A DNA stretch of 64,000 nt from Sphaerodactylus townsendi (taxonomy: Eukaryota). The notes beneath the pieces are model-generated. The model was not told the origin of the DNA, did no database searches, and saw only the letters and a list, made by a program, of their open reading frames with translations. A program made the position numbers and the translations under genes. Shown here piece by piece: positions 50,734-62,144 of this stretch. Each line of letters opens with the position of its first letter. Within the stretch, counting starts at the first letter, position 1. The stretch spans positions 19,096,001 to 19,160,000 of the forward strand of contig NC_059440.1 in assembly GCF_021028975.2 (NCBI RefSeq), written 5' to 3'.

Positions 50734-52304
50734 ACAAAAAGGACAATCAATAAAAATTGTATGTTACATAAAGCTTCCAGCCATATTGCAAAAACGCAGT
50801 CTAATTCAATATCATATCCTATTGAACAGAATAGTATTGGAAAAATACTAAGGAATAGACAAGAATAAAACAAAGAAAATATCTATCCAAAATTATATTG
50901 ACTACACATTACATAATGGATTCCAGTATAACATTCTTATATTATTAGATAAACCATTATGCTTAGAATCTCTGTCATTTATCCACCAACTCCAAAATAT
51001 TCTTACTAGTTAGATTATTATATCTTAATCATTATCAGTTTTTAAAATAATCTTCAAATTATTTTGTTTTTACATGATCAGTTCAGCTTCGTATAAGTGG
51101 TGATCAAATCTTGTTTAGCCATTCCTGACCTTGGGTATTGTCACAAAGGTTCCCAGCTCCAGGTTGTGAAATTCCTAGAGATTTGGGGGATGGAGACTGG
51201 GGAATGTGGAGTTTGGGAAGGGGAGGGAGTTCAGGGGGGTACAATGCCATAGAATCCACTTTCCAAATCAGCTGTTTTCTCCACAGGGACCACACTGAGC
51301 CCATAGCCTTTCTACTAGGCTCACATTTTAATATTTCACTGCTGAAAATTGAGATGCTTAGTAATACAATCATACACAAAATCTTTCTACCACTCCACAC
51401 TGCTGAAAGACTTTGCCCTCTGCTCTGGGTTGAATCTGCAATAGCAGAAAGGTTTTTTCACCAATATGACTTTTTGTTCTTTGGATCAAAAATCTAGGAA
51501 AACGTAATTGTCCTGTGAAGGGCTGAAAGGATGTGTCAGCACTGGCCAGGGGTGACCACTACAGACAAGATGTAGATGTGCTTATGCATACCAATCGCTT
51601 CAGAGATCTGCAGTGCCATCTTATACAGGTTTACCTTTCTATGGCAAGTAGAATTACCAAGCTCCGGGTGCAGGCCTACAGTTCTCCAGGAATTGAAGCT
51701 GATCTCCAGATGGAGTTGCCAACTCCAGCTTGAATTTTTTTTTTTTTTAGATTTGGGAATGGAACCTGGGGAGGACAGCATTCAAGGATGGGATGGAGCT
51801 CAGTGGATATATAAATCCATAGCGTCTGTCCTCGAAGCTACCCTGTCTACTAGGGAAATTGATCTCTGTAGAATGGAGATCTGTTGCAACTCTCCCCAGC
51901 ACTGACCCTCCTGTTCAAAGGGTGCATGAACACCAGTTCTTAAAATCAAGCAAAGTTAATGATTTATTATCAGCATTCCTCCCTTTACAATAATTGGTTT
52001 CATTCAGCTATCATTTCTGATGGTGTTTTGAATGTTTGTTTAGGAAGGGCGTAGAGGTGGGAGGAACAGCATCTAGTTCATTCTATTTGTATGGTAGCTA
52101 AAAAGATAAGGCAAAGGTCTTTTTCATCATGAAATCTACAGCCTGCAAAACATTTCTATTGGTCCTTTCCTTTATTTGGCAAGGCTTGTCTGCCAAATCC
52201 CATACGATTCCTGATCTATGCTGCGTGACACAGTCAGAAAGAAGCCTTTCATGAGCTCGCACTTTCACTAAGTTCATCAGAGCTCCAAACATTTTTGCAA
52301 AGTG

Positions 52305-52475
52305 ATGGCAACCCAGTTTTTAAAGGAAATTGAGAATGCAGATGATAAGAAACCTTCAGAAATGAGGACTCTGGTGATTAAATGGATAGAGAAGCTTTTT
52401 CCTGATGTTCAGTCAGTCGCAACAGAAACCCTGCAACAGTGGATAGAAGAAAAACCGGAGAAGCTTCTGATTCTT
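52305..52475 (+). CDS. Rhodanese-like gene coding exon A
   Basis: Open frame with phase-0 GTAAGT donor; continues into DTR at 58067 to make the LLILDTR motif. Confidence 0.75.
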
Positions 52476-55400
52476 GTAAGTGCATCCCTTCTACTATTTC
52501 ATAGCCCAAAATAGGGCCCACTAGTTCTTGTACCACAGACTGGAATCCCTTTCCTCCAATCCTCGGAGGAAGGATCTCCTCCCACCAGCTGTACATAGTA
52601 TTAATTTACTGTGCAGTCACCTCTCTTCCACTAATTTAAAATCCAGAAATGTGTTTGTTCTTGTTAAAGATATACTAGAGAAATGTTAAAAGTCCCATAA
52701 TAGATAATCAGTGTTTCAAAATATATCTTGGCAGCAGGGTATCAAATGGCAGATTGCACACTGCCTTTGTATTCGTGTGCGTATGTTTGTATGCTAAAGT
52801 GTTAAGAGGCAAGCTGTACCTTGCTCCCCACTCTGTGATTTAGCTTCTAGAGACTTTGGGTGAGGATTTGCACCCTGAAGAATGGTGACTCCAGCAATTC
52901 ACACATAACATTTTTAACAAGTCCTCCCCCACCCCTGGACTGCAAGGATTTACCAGGGAAACACACCCAACAAAAGGTAGCAGCTGTTTTTTCAGGCAAA
53001 TAAAGATCCTTCCCAACACCTGGAAATGCCCAAGACTGAACCTGGGATTTTTAAAATGCAAAGAAAATACATGTTCCTTGCAAAGCTAGGAAGTTTGGAA
53101 AGTAACTATGAACTTCTTCCATTGCCACTGGTCAATTTCATCTATTGCCACTGGTCAATTTCGAAACAGTACAAGAATATTTAAAACCGCCTTTCTCACT
53201 TTCTTCTCACACACACACCCGTTGGAAGAGGGGCACATGCAGTGGTGGGATTCAAATAATTTAACAACTGGTTCTGGTGGTGGGATTCAAATAATTTAAC
53301 AACCGGTTGTTTACAAGCACCATTATAACAACCGGTTCTGCCGAAGTGGTGCGAACCGGCTGAATCCCACCACTGGGCACACGGGGAGATAGTCTATATG
53401 CAGCACTGGGCAGCTCCATTGTAGAGGGGCACTCTGCTTACAATGTAAAACAACAGAGGCATAACAAATCCCACTTTGGGTTGGCACTGTGCTGTGTTGA
53501 AAATGGATGCCTTCATGCTACAAGCCTCAATGCATGGAAATGACTTGACACATCAAGGATTTAAAATAGCCACCTCTGATGGTCAATCGCTTGGAGAAAA
53601 AAAATGACCTGTCCCTTTTAACAAAGGCTGAATGGGTTGTTATGTATCTGTGTTCCACTAAAGGCTTCAAGCAACCCATTTCCACACACTAAGCCTCTCT
53701 TCGTGGAGCAGAACAGTTTTTTTTCATGCCTGTTGGCAACCTTACCCATCACTTAGGTTTGATTCAGTCAGAAATGGCTTCAGAACACAATATTACAGAT
53801 TCTACAAAATATTGTTTCCAGTCAATCAGACCGTTAAGGAGGCTCATTCTGCCAAGCGAGGAGCTTTCTCTGCTCACCTCTAAAGCGATACGAGCGGACT
53901 GGAGAGGGCAGTCAAGGCCTGAAAACAGAGTCACGGCAAGAAAATGTGATGCATTAAACTATGTGGAGAAGTCTTTTTTTCCCCCTGTAGGCAGATCCAG
54001 ATCACTGCTTACTCACTACCAAGATTCTCCTTGTAGACAGGGGACCACAACCATCTCTGCTTGCAAGATTCTGCTGACCATTCCTGAGTTGCATTATTTC
54101 TAAAACTGCCATCCATACAGTAGCCTAGAAAAGACCATGTAGTCACTGTTTTGCTATTTTTTAGTCACTGTTCTGCTATTTTCAGACAGTGAAATATTGT
54201 AAGTGACTGAGCAAAGCTCTATAATCTAACCCATCCCAGCTAAACATAGGAGCTTTTCCCCCTCTCCCTTAGGAACTTAGTTCTAAAAAATCCCAAGAAA
54301 GTCTCATTCTTAGCTTTTGTTAACATAAGAAAGTCTCTCTTTGCCCAGAAGGCTTTTTTTTAAAAAAGTGGTTAAGAAACCATCATTACTAAAATGAACA
54401 GACCAAAATTCCTGCCCAGTAAATACAGCTCCTGGGCTAAAAGAAGAGGCCTCACCAAACCGCAAACTCACTTTCTGTGCTGGCAACTTTACGGGATAGG
54501 GTGAAGCTAAACTGCAGGTTGGTTTGCCAAAATAAACGTCAGCATCTCTATTTCTGGGCACCAAAAGGGGAGCAATTAAAAAAGAAAAAGAAAAAGGGAG
54601 ATAAAGTTAGGCTCAAAGGAAGATTTAGGGAAAAAATGTGGCGTAGGAGGTTAAGAGCTCGTGTATCTAATTTGGAGGAACTGGGTTTGATTCCCAGCTC
54701 TGCCGCCTGAGCTGTGGAGGCTTATCTGGGGAATTCAGATTAGCCTGTGCACTCCAACACACACCAGCTGGGTGACCTTGGGCTAGTCACAGCTTCTCGG
54801 AGCTCTCTCAGCCCCACCTACCTCACAGGGTGTTTGTTGTGAGGGGGGAAGGGCAAGGAGATTGTAAGGGCAAGGAGATTGTTGAGTCTCCTGCAGGAGA
54901 GAAAGGGGGGATATAAATCCAAACTCCTCCTCCTCCTCCTCCTCCTCCTCCTCTTCTTCTTCTTCTTCTTCTTCTTCTTCTTCTTCTTCTTCTTCTTCAT
55001 TTGACTGTATAGGGCTGAGAAGGTCCTAACTGTGGTGGATTCCACACAGCGTACGTATAACAGGTTGCAGTCATTATAAAGGAACCCGTTTTCCCTTTCC
55101 CATTTGCATGTATGCACGACGTTGCTTCTCTTATTTTTTAAATTTCCTGCAACACATGCGTAGCTGCGCAGGCATACAGAAATGAACCCCCGCAGCCATG
55201 CCGATTGACCCACAATCTGATCGGCTGCACCTGCCGAGCTGCACATGTGCAACACGCAAAAGAAAACAAAAAGGGACCTCTTTGCAGTGGCTGGGGAATA
55301 ATGAACATGTCACTGTAGATCGGTCATACCTGCTGCCACGGGGAGAAAATATGCTTGGGAGACTGTGTACACTGTCGGGCTCTCAGAGAATCTGCCCACA

Positions 55401-58400
55401 ATATGCTGGGTGACCTGCACAGAATGGTGGGCGGGTGGATTCTCCCTGACAATTAAGAACATAAGAACATAAGAACAAGCCAGCTGGATCAGACCAGAGT
55501 CCATCTAGTCCAGCTCTCTGCTACTCGCAGTGGCCCACCAGGTGCCTTTGGGAGCTCACATGCAGGATGGGAAAGCAATGGCCTTCTGCGGCTGTTGCTC
55601 CCGATCACCTGGTCTGTTAAGGCATTTGCAATCTCAGATCAAGCAGGATCAAGATTGGTAGCCATAAATCGACTTCTCCTCCATCAATCTGTCCAAGCCC
55701 CTTTTAAAGCTATCCAGGTTAGTGGCCATCACCACCTCCTGTGGCAGCATATTCCAAACACCAATCACATGTTGCGTGAAGAAGTGTTTCCTTTTATTAG
55801 TTCTAATTCTTCCCCCCAGCATTTTCAATGTATGCCCCCTGGTTCTAGATATGAAATTAGATATGAAACATCTGAAAGTAGATATGAAACATCTGAAAGT
55901 AAACATATATCTTCATGAGCCATGTTTGCTCATGGTCATTTTTTGTCATTTTATTTTGCCTGCCAAAGAGCTCTGTGAAATGGGGAAGCTTGCAAGTCCA
56001 GTGAAAAGGGCCATTATGCTTTTGGGACCAACAGGGCCAGCAACGTCTACTAAAATAAAACTGTGTTCTTTCTGGCCCCTTCTGTTCTTTTTGGACTCAC
56101 GTGAGCAGGAGAGACCAAGACATGATGGAGCTTAGACAGTGAACTTTGGCTCTAACAAGGCCAAGCAAGATATTTTAGGCTCAGCCCTTGTTGCCTTAGA
56201 GCTGTGGCCAGCGAAACTTTCCATTTTTGGATGCTGACACAACCACAGTGTGGGTATTTTAAGTCTCAACTTTTAAATAACTTTGCCCAATTAGCAAGTC
56301 TAATTTGTGTAGTGGACACTTCCAACAGCTAGCAGTGAAGTCTGTGGTTGAGGGAGGCCTTCCCCTTTGAGGATCCATTGGGACAAGTTTTCCAACACCA
56401 ACAGACCAGGGTGTTTTCATTCAAGAGGTTTAAAATGGCTCTTGTGTCCATCAGTGCACGAGGCAACAGCAAAGCCCACGTTGATCAGCTAGCTCATCTG
56501 AATTACAAACACACCTTCCCTTTGTGTTCCAATCCATCTGCCTCAATCCATCTGGGACCTGTATGACTAACGGCAACTTCTGCCTCAATCCATCTGCCTC
56601 AAAAGCGATAAAATTCTATCTCATCCATTGACTCCGCAATGCATCATTCAGCCTTTCCTCAAAGGGTTTGCAAGTCGAGTTTGGAGGACCTTTAGGCACC
56701 AGCGGCTTTTTCCGAATCGGCTAGAAGTCTTCAAAGCAATTCCCTGGCAGTTGTCAGTCAGAATTTGTGCATGCTCAAGGATACCTCGTTCGCAATGCAG
56801 CTGGATCAAAAGGGTGTGCATTATACGTTATTTATAACAAGCCAGCAAAGCAGGCTACAATTTCCAAACTCTTGCTCTGTCATTAAAGTTCGATGGCAGC
56901 CAGATCAAAGGCATGCATTAAGGACTGAAACAAAGCAAAGAATGGGCTTAATTAGAGGTTGGGGTGGTCACTCCTGTTCTGTTTTGGTGGCCAGGCAACC
57001 AGCAGGTGATACTCTACAAGGTCCAGAGAAGTTCCCTTGGGAGAAAGTTTCTGGCTGGTCCTTCATGTCTTCAAGGAGTTTACAACATCTCTGCAGCTCA
57101 CATTCAGAACACACAACTAACTTTCACATCAGTCATTCAGCAGCTGTAGGGAATGTTGCTTTCAAAGCATGCAGGAGCTGACTTCACTCCAAACAGAGGC
57201 TGGGGTGGCAGGCTGCTTGCCCATGTTTTCTTCCTGATTGAAACTGCCCCAGTGAAGGTTTATTTGCATACCTTTGGCACTGTATGAGGTGTATTCCAGT
57301 GTTACTAATCATGGTGACTAATGGCAACTTCTACACCATTGCTACATCTGGGGATAGCCTTGGCTTCTTCGCAGTTTATTAGCCATTGGTAACTGGTCGG
57401 TGACTGTGTGAAACAGGATGTTGGACTGGGTGGACCTCTGCTTTTATATATATATATATATATTGATTACCGCCCACTGCACATCTTTCTGGATCTACCA
57501 AAGGAAAACAATCCATGACTAAGACAAGCAGTGGCACAAGATGCTCTATTTGCTCGACAAGTGGTCCAGCCTAGCCCAGTGGCCTCTTTCTTTCCTCCTT
57601 GTCTTGTGGGCTTGTCAGGCTACTAGAAAGTTAAAGCTTTATGCATTTTGGTAGGAGACTGGGGAAGAATAACAGCATACCGGTTTAGGGTTGTCAGTCG
57701 GCCTTGAGAAGAATGTCCCCTGCCTTTAATAAAGACTGAAGATGTAGAAAAGGGCAGGTGAAGCATGGAGTGAAATGATTTCACCCAGTAAATAACATTC
57801 CTCTGTTATAGGGACAACAACAATGACCTGGAGGAACCGAGCTAGCTTGATCTTGTCAGATCTTGGACACTAAGCTAGGTTGGTCCCGGCTGGTACGTGG
57901 ATGGGAGACCGGCCAAGGAATGCAGGGGTTGCTACAAAGAGGCAGCCAATGGCAAACCACCTCTGTTAGCCTTAGGTCTTGAAAACCCTACTGGGAGGGG
58001 CAAAGGCTAGGAGCCCATATCCAAACTGAGATCAGCTCAACTTTTTTATCCCTTTGCTCTCCTTAGGACACTCGAACCGCAGCTGAGTTTGAGGTTAGCC
58101 ACCTGCCTGGAGCGATGCTTGTCGCATGACTTTAGGAAAGTTCACAGACTACTCGCGAAAGAGGCTTCTTTGAAGAAGGCATAGCCTAAGGAGAGGTACA
58201 GCAGAACTGGCTCTGGGGAGCATTTCTCTGGCTCGTGAAGGAGCCCCCAAGATGTGCCAAGGCTGGCTGGAGTTGCGTGGACCTTTTTGTCGCCTCTGGG
58301 ACTACCCGCCCCAACAGTCAGGAGAGCTCAATGAGTTTCCCCCACAAATCATGCTCCAAGTAAACACCAAGGGGTAGCCAGCAGCGCCACCGTGAAGTGG

Positions 58401-59575
58401 GGAGGAGTGGTAGTCAGAAAAAGGGTCTGGTTTATGGAAGTAAGAGCTACCTGATTGGTCAGTTTATCCACGCAGCAGGGCTGCTGACCCTCAAAAGCTC
58501 CTTTCATTGTAAATCAGTTCATCTCACAGTATCCCTGCCTTTCTCCCGCTCTTCCAATATTATAAAGAACAGTTATTTCTGTGGAGTGTGATTGCTTTGC
58601 CAGTGCTAGCTGTTTTCTTTATTTTCACAAGTGCCTTGTGAGGTAGGCTAGTGTCAGGATGTGTTTTCTCCTTCCATCAAAGGAATGCTCTCAGGTGAAG
58701 ACATTCACACCTACTCCGGGATGGGGCTCTCCTCTCTTATGTTAATGGACCTTTCTCTTCCTTTTGTTTCCTTTGATGCTGCCTTGGGGGATGCTTGCCT
58801 CCCCAAAGGTTCTCTTCTTTCTCTGGGTTTTTCTTACATTCCATGGGAAGAGGGAGGGGGAGGATTTATGGTTACTGCATGGGGATAAAGACAGGAGCAA
58901 TTGCAAGTGTGGTCAGAACTGGCTTTAGCAAAGCCAGGTACGTGCTGTTGTTTCCAATAAAGGCTTCTGATCGAGAATCCAAAGTCCGTTATTGACTTCA
59001 GTCATAGAACCTGACAACTAGGCTGTGAGAGGGGGAACGGAGCATATCTCAGTCCATCAAGGCAGAGTAAGGATTTTATCTGACCTACACTGTGGCAATT
59101 TTTCCCTTGCAGCGTTTTCTTCTTTCTTAGTGTGGCATAGTGGACTCCAATCTATGCTAAATAGCATAGATTAGCAGTGGACTCTAATCTATGCTAAATA
59201 TCGTACAAATCCACAATTCAATTGTAGCACCCTATTCCACAGTGACTTGGCATTTATCCTCCCTATCAAACCATTCTATGTTTCTTTTCCATTTCAGAGC
59301 ACAACGGGGGTCCCAGATTCATTGTCTGCTACTGCACCGTAGGCTACCGGTCTTCCATTGCGGCTCAGCTTGTGAATGAGATCTTGCCTCAATTGACCGC
59401 TCAGAAGTCAGCAGCCTCTTTAGATGTCTACAACGTCCAAGGTGGACTAGTGAAGTGGGCCACAGAGAAGAGGCAGATGGTCAACCATCAGGAGACCCCT
59501 ACTCAGGTGGTCCATCCCTACAGCCCCATCTGGTCGAAGCTCTTGGAACCAGAGTTCAAGGCAGAAGTCTGCTGA
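52305..59575 (+). CDS. Unnamed single-domain rhodanese / sulfurtransferase-like gene (3 coding exons); exon 2 disrupted in this sequence (pseudogene or assembly error)
   Basis: Exon A 52305-52475 (MATQF...WIEKLFPDVQSVATETLQQWIEEKPEKLLIL|GTAAGT); exon B from 58067 (DTRTAAEFEVSHLPGAMLV, then TGA at 58127); exon C 59298-59575 (IVCYCTVGYRSSIAA...VYNVQGGLVKWA...VHPYSPIWSKLL). These are the canonical rhodanese motifs ILDxR, E(F/Y)xxxHIPGA, YCxxGxRS and L/VxGGxxxW. Confidence 0.8.
53240..53375. mobile_element. Small hAT MITE
   Basis: TIR CAGTGGTGGGATTCA/TGAATCCCACCACTG; TSD GGCACATG/GGCACACG; internal tandem duplication of the left end. Confidence 0.88.
54924..54998 (+). repeat. (CTC)n(TTC)n microsatellite grown from a SINE tail
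   Basis: Directly follows ATAAATCCAAA of the SINE at 54635. Confidence 0.9.
55453..55847 (-). mobile_element. CR1 LINE 3' fragment
   Basis: RTRGHTLKMLGGRIRTNKRKHFFTQHVIGVWNMLP peptide; near-identical to the 9575 copy. Confidence 0.9.
57845..57992 (+). mobile_element. 5S rRNA-derived SINE with Sauria/BovB tail
   Basis: GATCTTGTCAGATCTTGG..CTAAGC..GGATGGGAGACC (5S A and C boxes), then GCCAATGGCAAACCACCTCTG...CTTGAAAACCCTA. Confidence 0.75.
58067..58195 (+). pseudogene. Rhodanese-like gene exon B with in-frame stop and frame incompatibility
   Basis: Strong acceptor CCTTAG; SHLPGA motif; stops in all three frames after 58127; 129 nt to GAG|GTACAG, whereas a phase 0 to 1 exon needs 3n+1. Confidence 0.65.
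58652..59016 (+). mobile_element. Solo LTR (Gypsy/ERV-like)
   Basis: TGTCAGG...CCTGACA terminal inverted repeats, 5-bp TSD GCTAG/ACTAG, AATAAA at 58956-58961; splits a SINE remnant. Confidence 0.75.
59298..59575 (+). CDS. Rhodanese-like gene exon C with catalytic Cys loop CTVGYR
   Basis: Intact frame from acceptor TTTCAG to TGA; Cys codon at 59333-59335. Confidence 0.85.
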
Positions 59576-59596
59576 TTATAGATTGCGAGCATCATT

Positions 59597-60044
59597 CAAG
59601 GACGTAGGTAAGGGGAGGGGTTCTCGGGTTCAGACCCCCCCCCATTGCATGTCCGAAGCTCCGCCCCTGCGTTTGTGGGTTTTTGTATTTTTAAAGTGTT
59701 TTTCGGGTTTTGGCCTTCAGGAGGAGCAGTGTTTAGGCTAGCGGCACCATAATTTCAGGCTATTGTCAGGTGACACTCCTGATGATACCAGCCAAGTTTG
59801 GTGAAGTTTGGTTCAGGGGGTCCAAAGTTATGGACCCCCAAAAGCTGGGAGCTGGGAGCCCAGTTGGTGGGGGAGGCGGGGAGGGCGGGTCACGGGAGTC
59901 TGCCATCCCTTGCCTCGGAGAGCTGCTTTTATAATCACTTAGGCTGGGGGTGGGGCTTGGGGAGGTGTGGCCACGCCCCCAGAGGCAGGTGGGGGCATGG
60001 CCTCGCTCCTGAACTCCCCCCCCAAATCTATACCTACGTCACTG
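59597..60044. mobile_element. hAT-like MITE just after the rhodanese stop codon
   Basis: TIR CAAGGACGTAGGTA/TACCTACGTCACTG; imperfect 8-bp TSD GCATCATT/GCGCCATT. Confidence 0.7.
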
Positions 60045-60930
60045 GCGCCATTGCAAGCCAGCAAGTGAGGTTTTCAATGACACATTACATTACGATCCTC
60101 CTGTTTGGAAAATAACTTTCGAAGGCTCCTCAGTCCTTGCAAAAAATGGTTCACAAAACACTTAGTTTCTCACGGCTCACAAATATTCAAAGAGAGCCAC
60201 AACCCCTCTCTTCAGATGGCTTCTACCAACCTGTTTGTGGAACAAACTGTTTGCTTCGTGGCTGCTTCGTGTGTTTCACTGTCTTTCTGGAAACCCTTAG
60301 GAAGCATTTCTAAGTAAACAGACTGCCGAGCGCTCTCCAAGAGGTGAAAATCACATGCTATCATTGATACTGGGCATCTCTTCTCAAAGCACTTTTGTTT
60401 CATCGGGAAAAGCCTGACTTTTTTTTCTGTTCTTATAATAAGCGGGTTTTTATGTCGGAGAAATAGGAACCTGCAGTTAAGATCCCGGTCTTATTCTGCA
60501 GCCTGAACAATTATTTGTCTTGCAGCAAAGCTGTGGCCAAGGACAGAAAGCCCGAAAAGGATCCAAAAGATGTATTTCTTTGAGGTGTGGGTGACAATAC
60601 CAATGGGAAGGCCTTTGTCTGGAAAAATCCTTCCCTGGAGACATAATGCAGTCTTTTCTTAGGACCACCCAAGCTAGCTACATGAAACAAATGGCAGGCC
60701 CATCCCACCCGCACACGTGAAACTGTCTTCTACTGTTAGACCATTGGGCTATCAAAGTCACTATTTCTACTTTGGTTGGTGGCAGTTCTCCAGAGTCCCA
60801 CACAGAAGAAGTCTTTTACATCAGCGGCCACCTGACCCCTTTAATCCAAGCTGTCAGGAACTGGACTGAGGGCACTTTGCATACAAAGGAGATGATCTAC
60901 TGCTAACTCTACAAAAACACGGAACACTAT

Positions 60931-61081
60931 GGCCCCTTCCGCACATGCAGAATAATGCACTTTCAGTCCACTTTCACAATTGTTTGCAAGTGGATTTTGC
61001 CAATCCGCACAGTAAAATCCAGCTGTAAAGTGCATTGAAAGTGGACTGAAAGTGTGTTATTCTGCATGTGCGGAAGGGGCC
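60931..61081. mobile_element. PIF/Harbinger-like palindromic MITE
   Basis: Near-perfect TIRs of about 40 bp (GGCCCCTTCCGCACATGCAGAATAA...); related copies at 36634 and 63598. Confidence 0.8.
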
Positions 61082-61345
61082 TGAGCCAGCAATAGCCAAA
61101 TGATACTAACCACTCTAATTTTTCCTTTCCATTTAAATCCAGGAGGGCACTGAAAACTATAAATTGAAGTCTGGAGGTGATAAAGGACTGTTTGTGGGCA
61201 AGCAAGTTCTTTATTATAGCAGCTCGCAGTTGGTTCCCAAGCCAATTTAAAATGGCATCATTGATCATTAAAGCCATCAATGGAATGGCCTTGGATCAGA
61301 ATATATTAAAGACCACCTGGACACACAAGAACACACCCAGAACTT

Positions 61346-61658
61346 CACAAATCTTGTAAACAGACTGTCAAAGCAAGAGTTTGATGAGAAATTGGAACTG
61401 TATTTCCTATATGAGGCTGAATCAATTATGTAAGAACAGTTACAATAGTAAGAACATTAATTTATTATTAAGATATAAATAACTGCTTACTTGGTACTAA
61501 TTGTTGTTTGGGAACTACAGGTTAGAAGGTAACGAATTTTGAAACCATGTACTATTCTCTCAATTTATGGGTACTATATTTTCTTTTTTTTCTCCTATAT
61601 TTTCTTATCTGTTTTTCAACTATATTTGAGAAAAATTAATAACAAATATTATTAAAAA
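61346..61658 (+). mobile_element. 5'-truncated L1-like retroposed fragment inside an L2 remnant
   Basis: 19-bp TSD AAGAACACACCCAGAACTT (61327-61345, 61659-61677), A-rich tail. Confidence 0.75.
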
Positions 61659-61752
61659 AAGAACACACCCAGAACTTAAGATCTTTTGGGGTTGGCTTTT
61701 TCTACATGCCAATTCTACAGCTCAGGAGACTAGAGATCCCATGAGATGGAGC

Positions 61753-62144
61753 CAGAGGTGGGATCCATCAGGTTCTCACAGGTTCCTGAGAGTAGGTTAC
61801 TAATTATTTGTGTGTGCCGAGAGGGGGTTACTAATTGGTGATTTTGCCACGTGATTTTTGCCTTAGTTACGCCCCTCCTCTTAGCAGTAGCGCGCAGAAC
61901 TTGAAGCAGTCTAGCAGGAGGTGCACCGGCGTGTGTGGCGGCCTGCGCCTGCGTGCATTTGTTTCCCGCCCAAGGACCAGTGCAGCGGCTGCGTCCTTGC
62001 CACAGCCCCGCCCAGGAATGCCCTGCCCCCGGAATGCCCGGCCACGCCCCCGTCGATCCCCGCCCAGCCCCATTAGCGCTACACCACAGTTTGAATCCCA
62101 CCACCATGGGAACCTGTTACTAAAATTTTTGGATTCCACCACTG
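61753..62144. mobile_element. hAT MITE
   Basis: TIR CAGAGGTGGGATCC/GGATTCCACCACTG; perfect TSD GATGGAGC (61745-61752, 62145-62152). Confidence 0.9.

Noticed and set aside
54818-55255. Poly-K/poly-R ORF
   Set aside because: Translation of a (TTC)/(CTC) microsatellite on a SINE tail
57845-57910. 5S rRNA gene
   Set aside because: Truncated, diverged and fused to a LINE-derived tail, so a SINE rather than a functional rRNA
58127-58129. Selenocysteine readthrough of the TGA in the rhodanese gene
   Set aside because: Not at the catalytic position and followed by in-frame TAG and TAA
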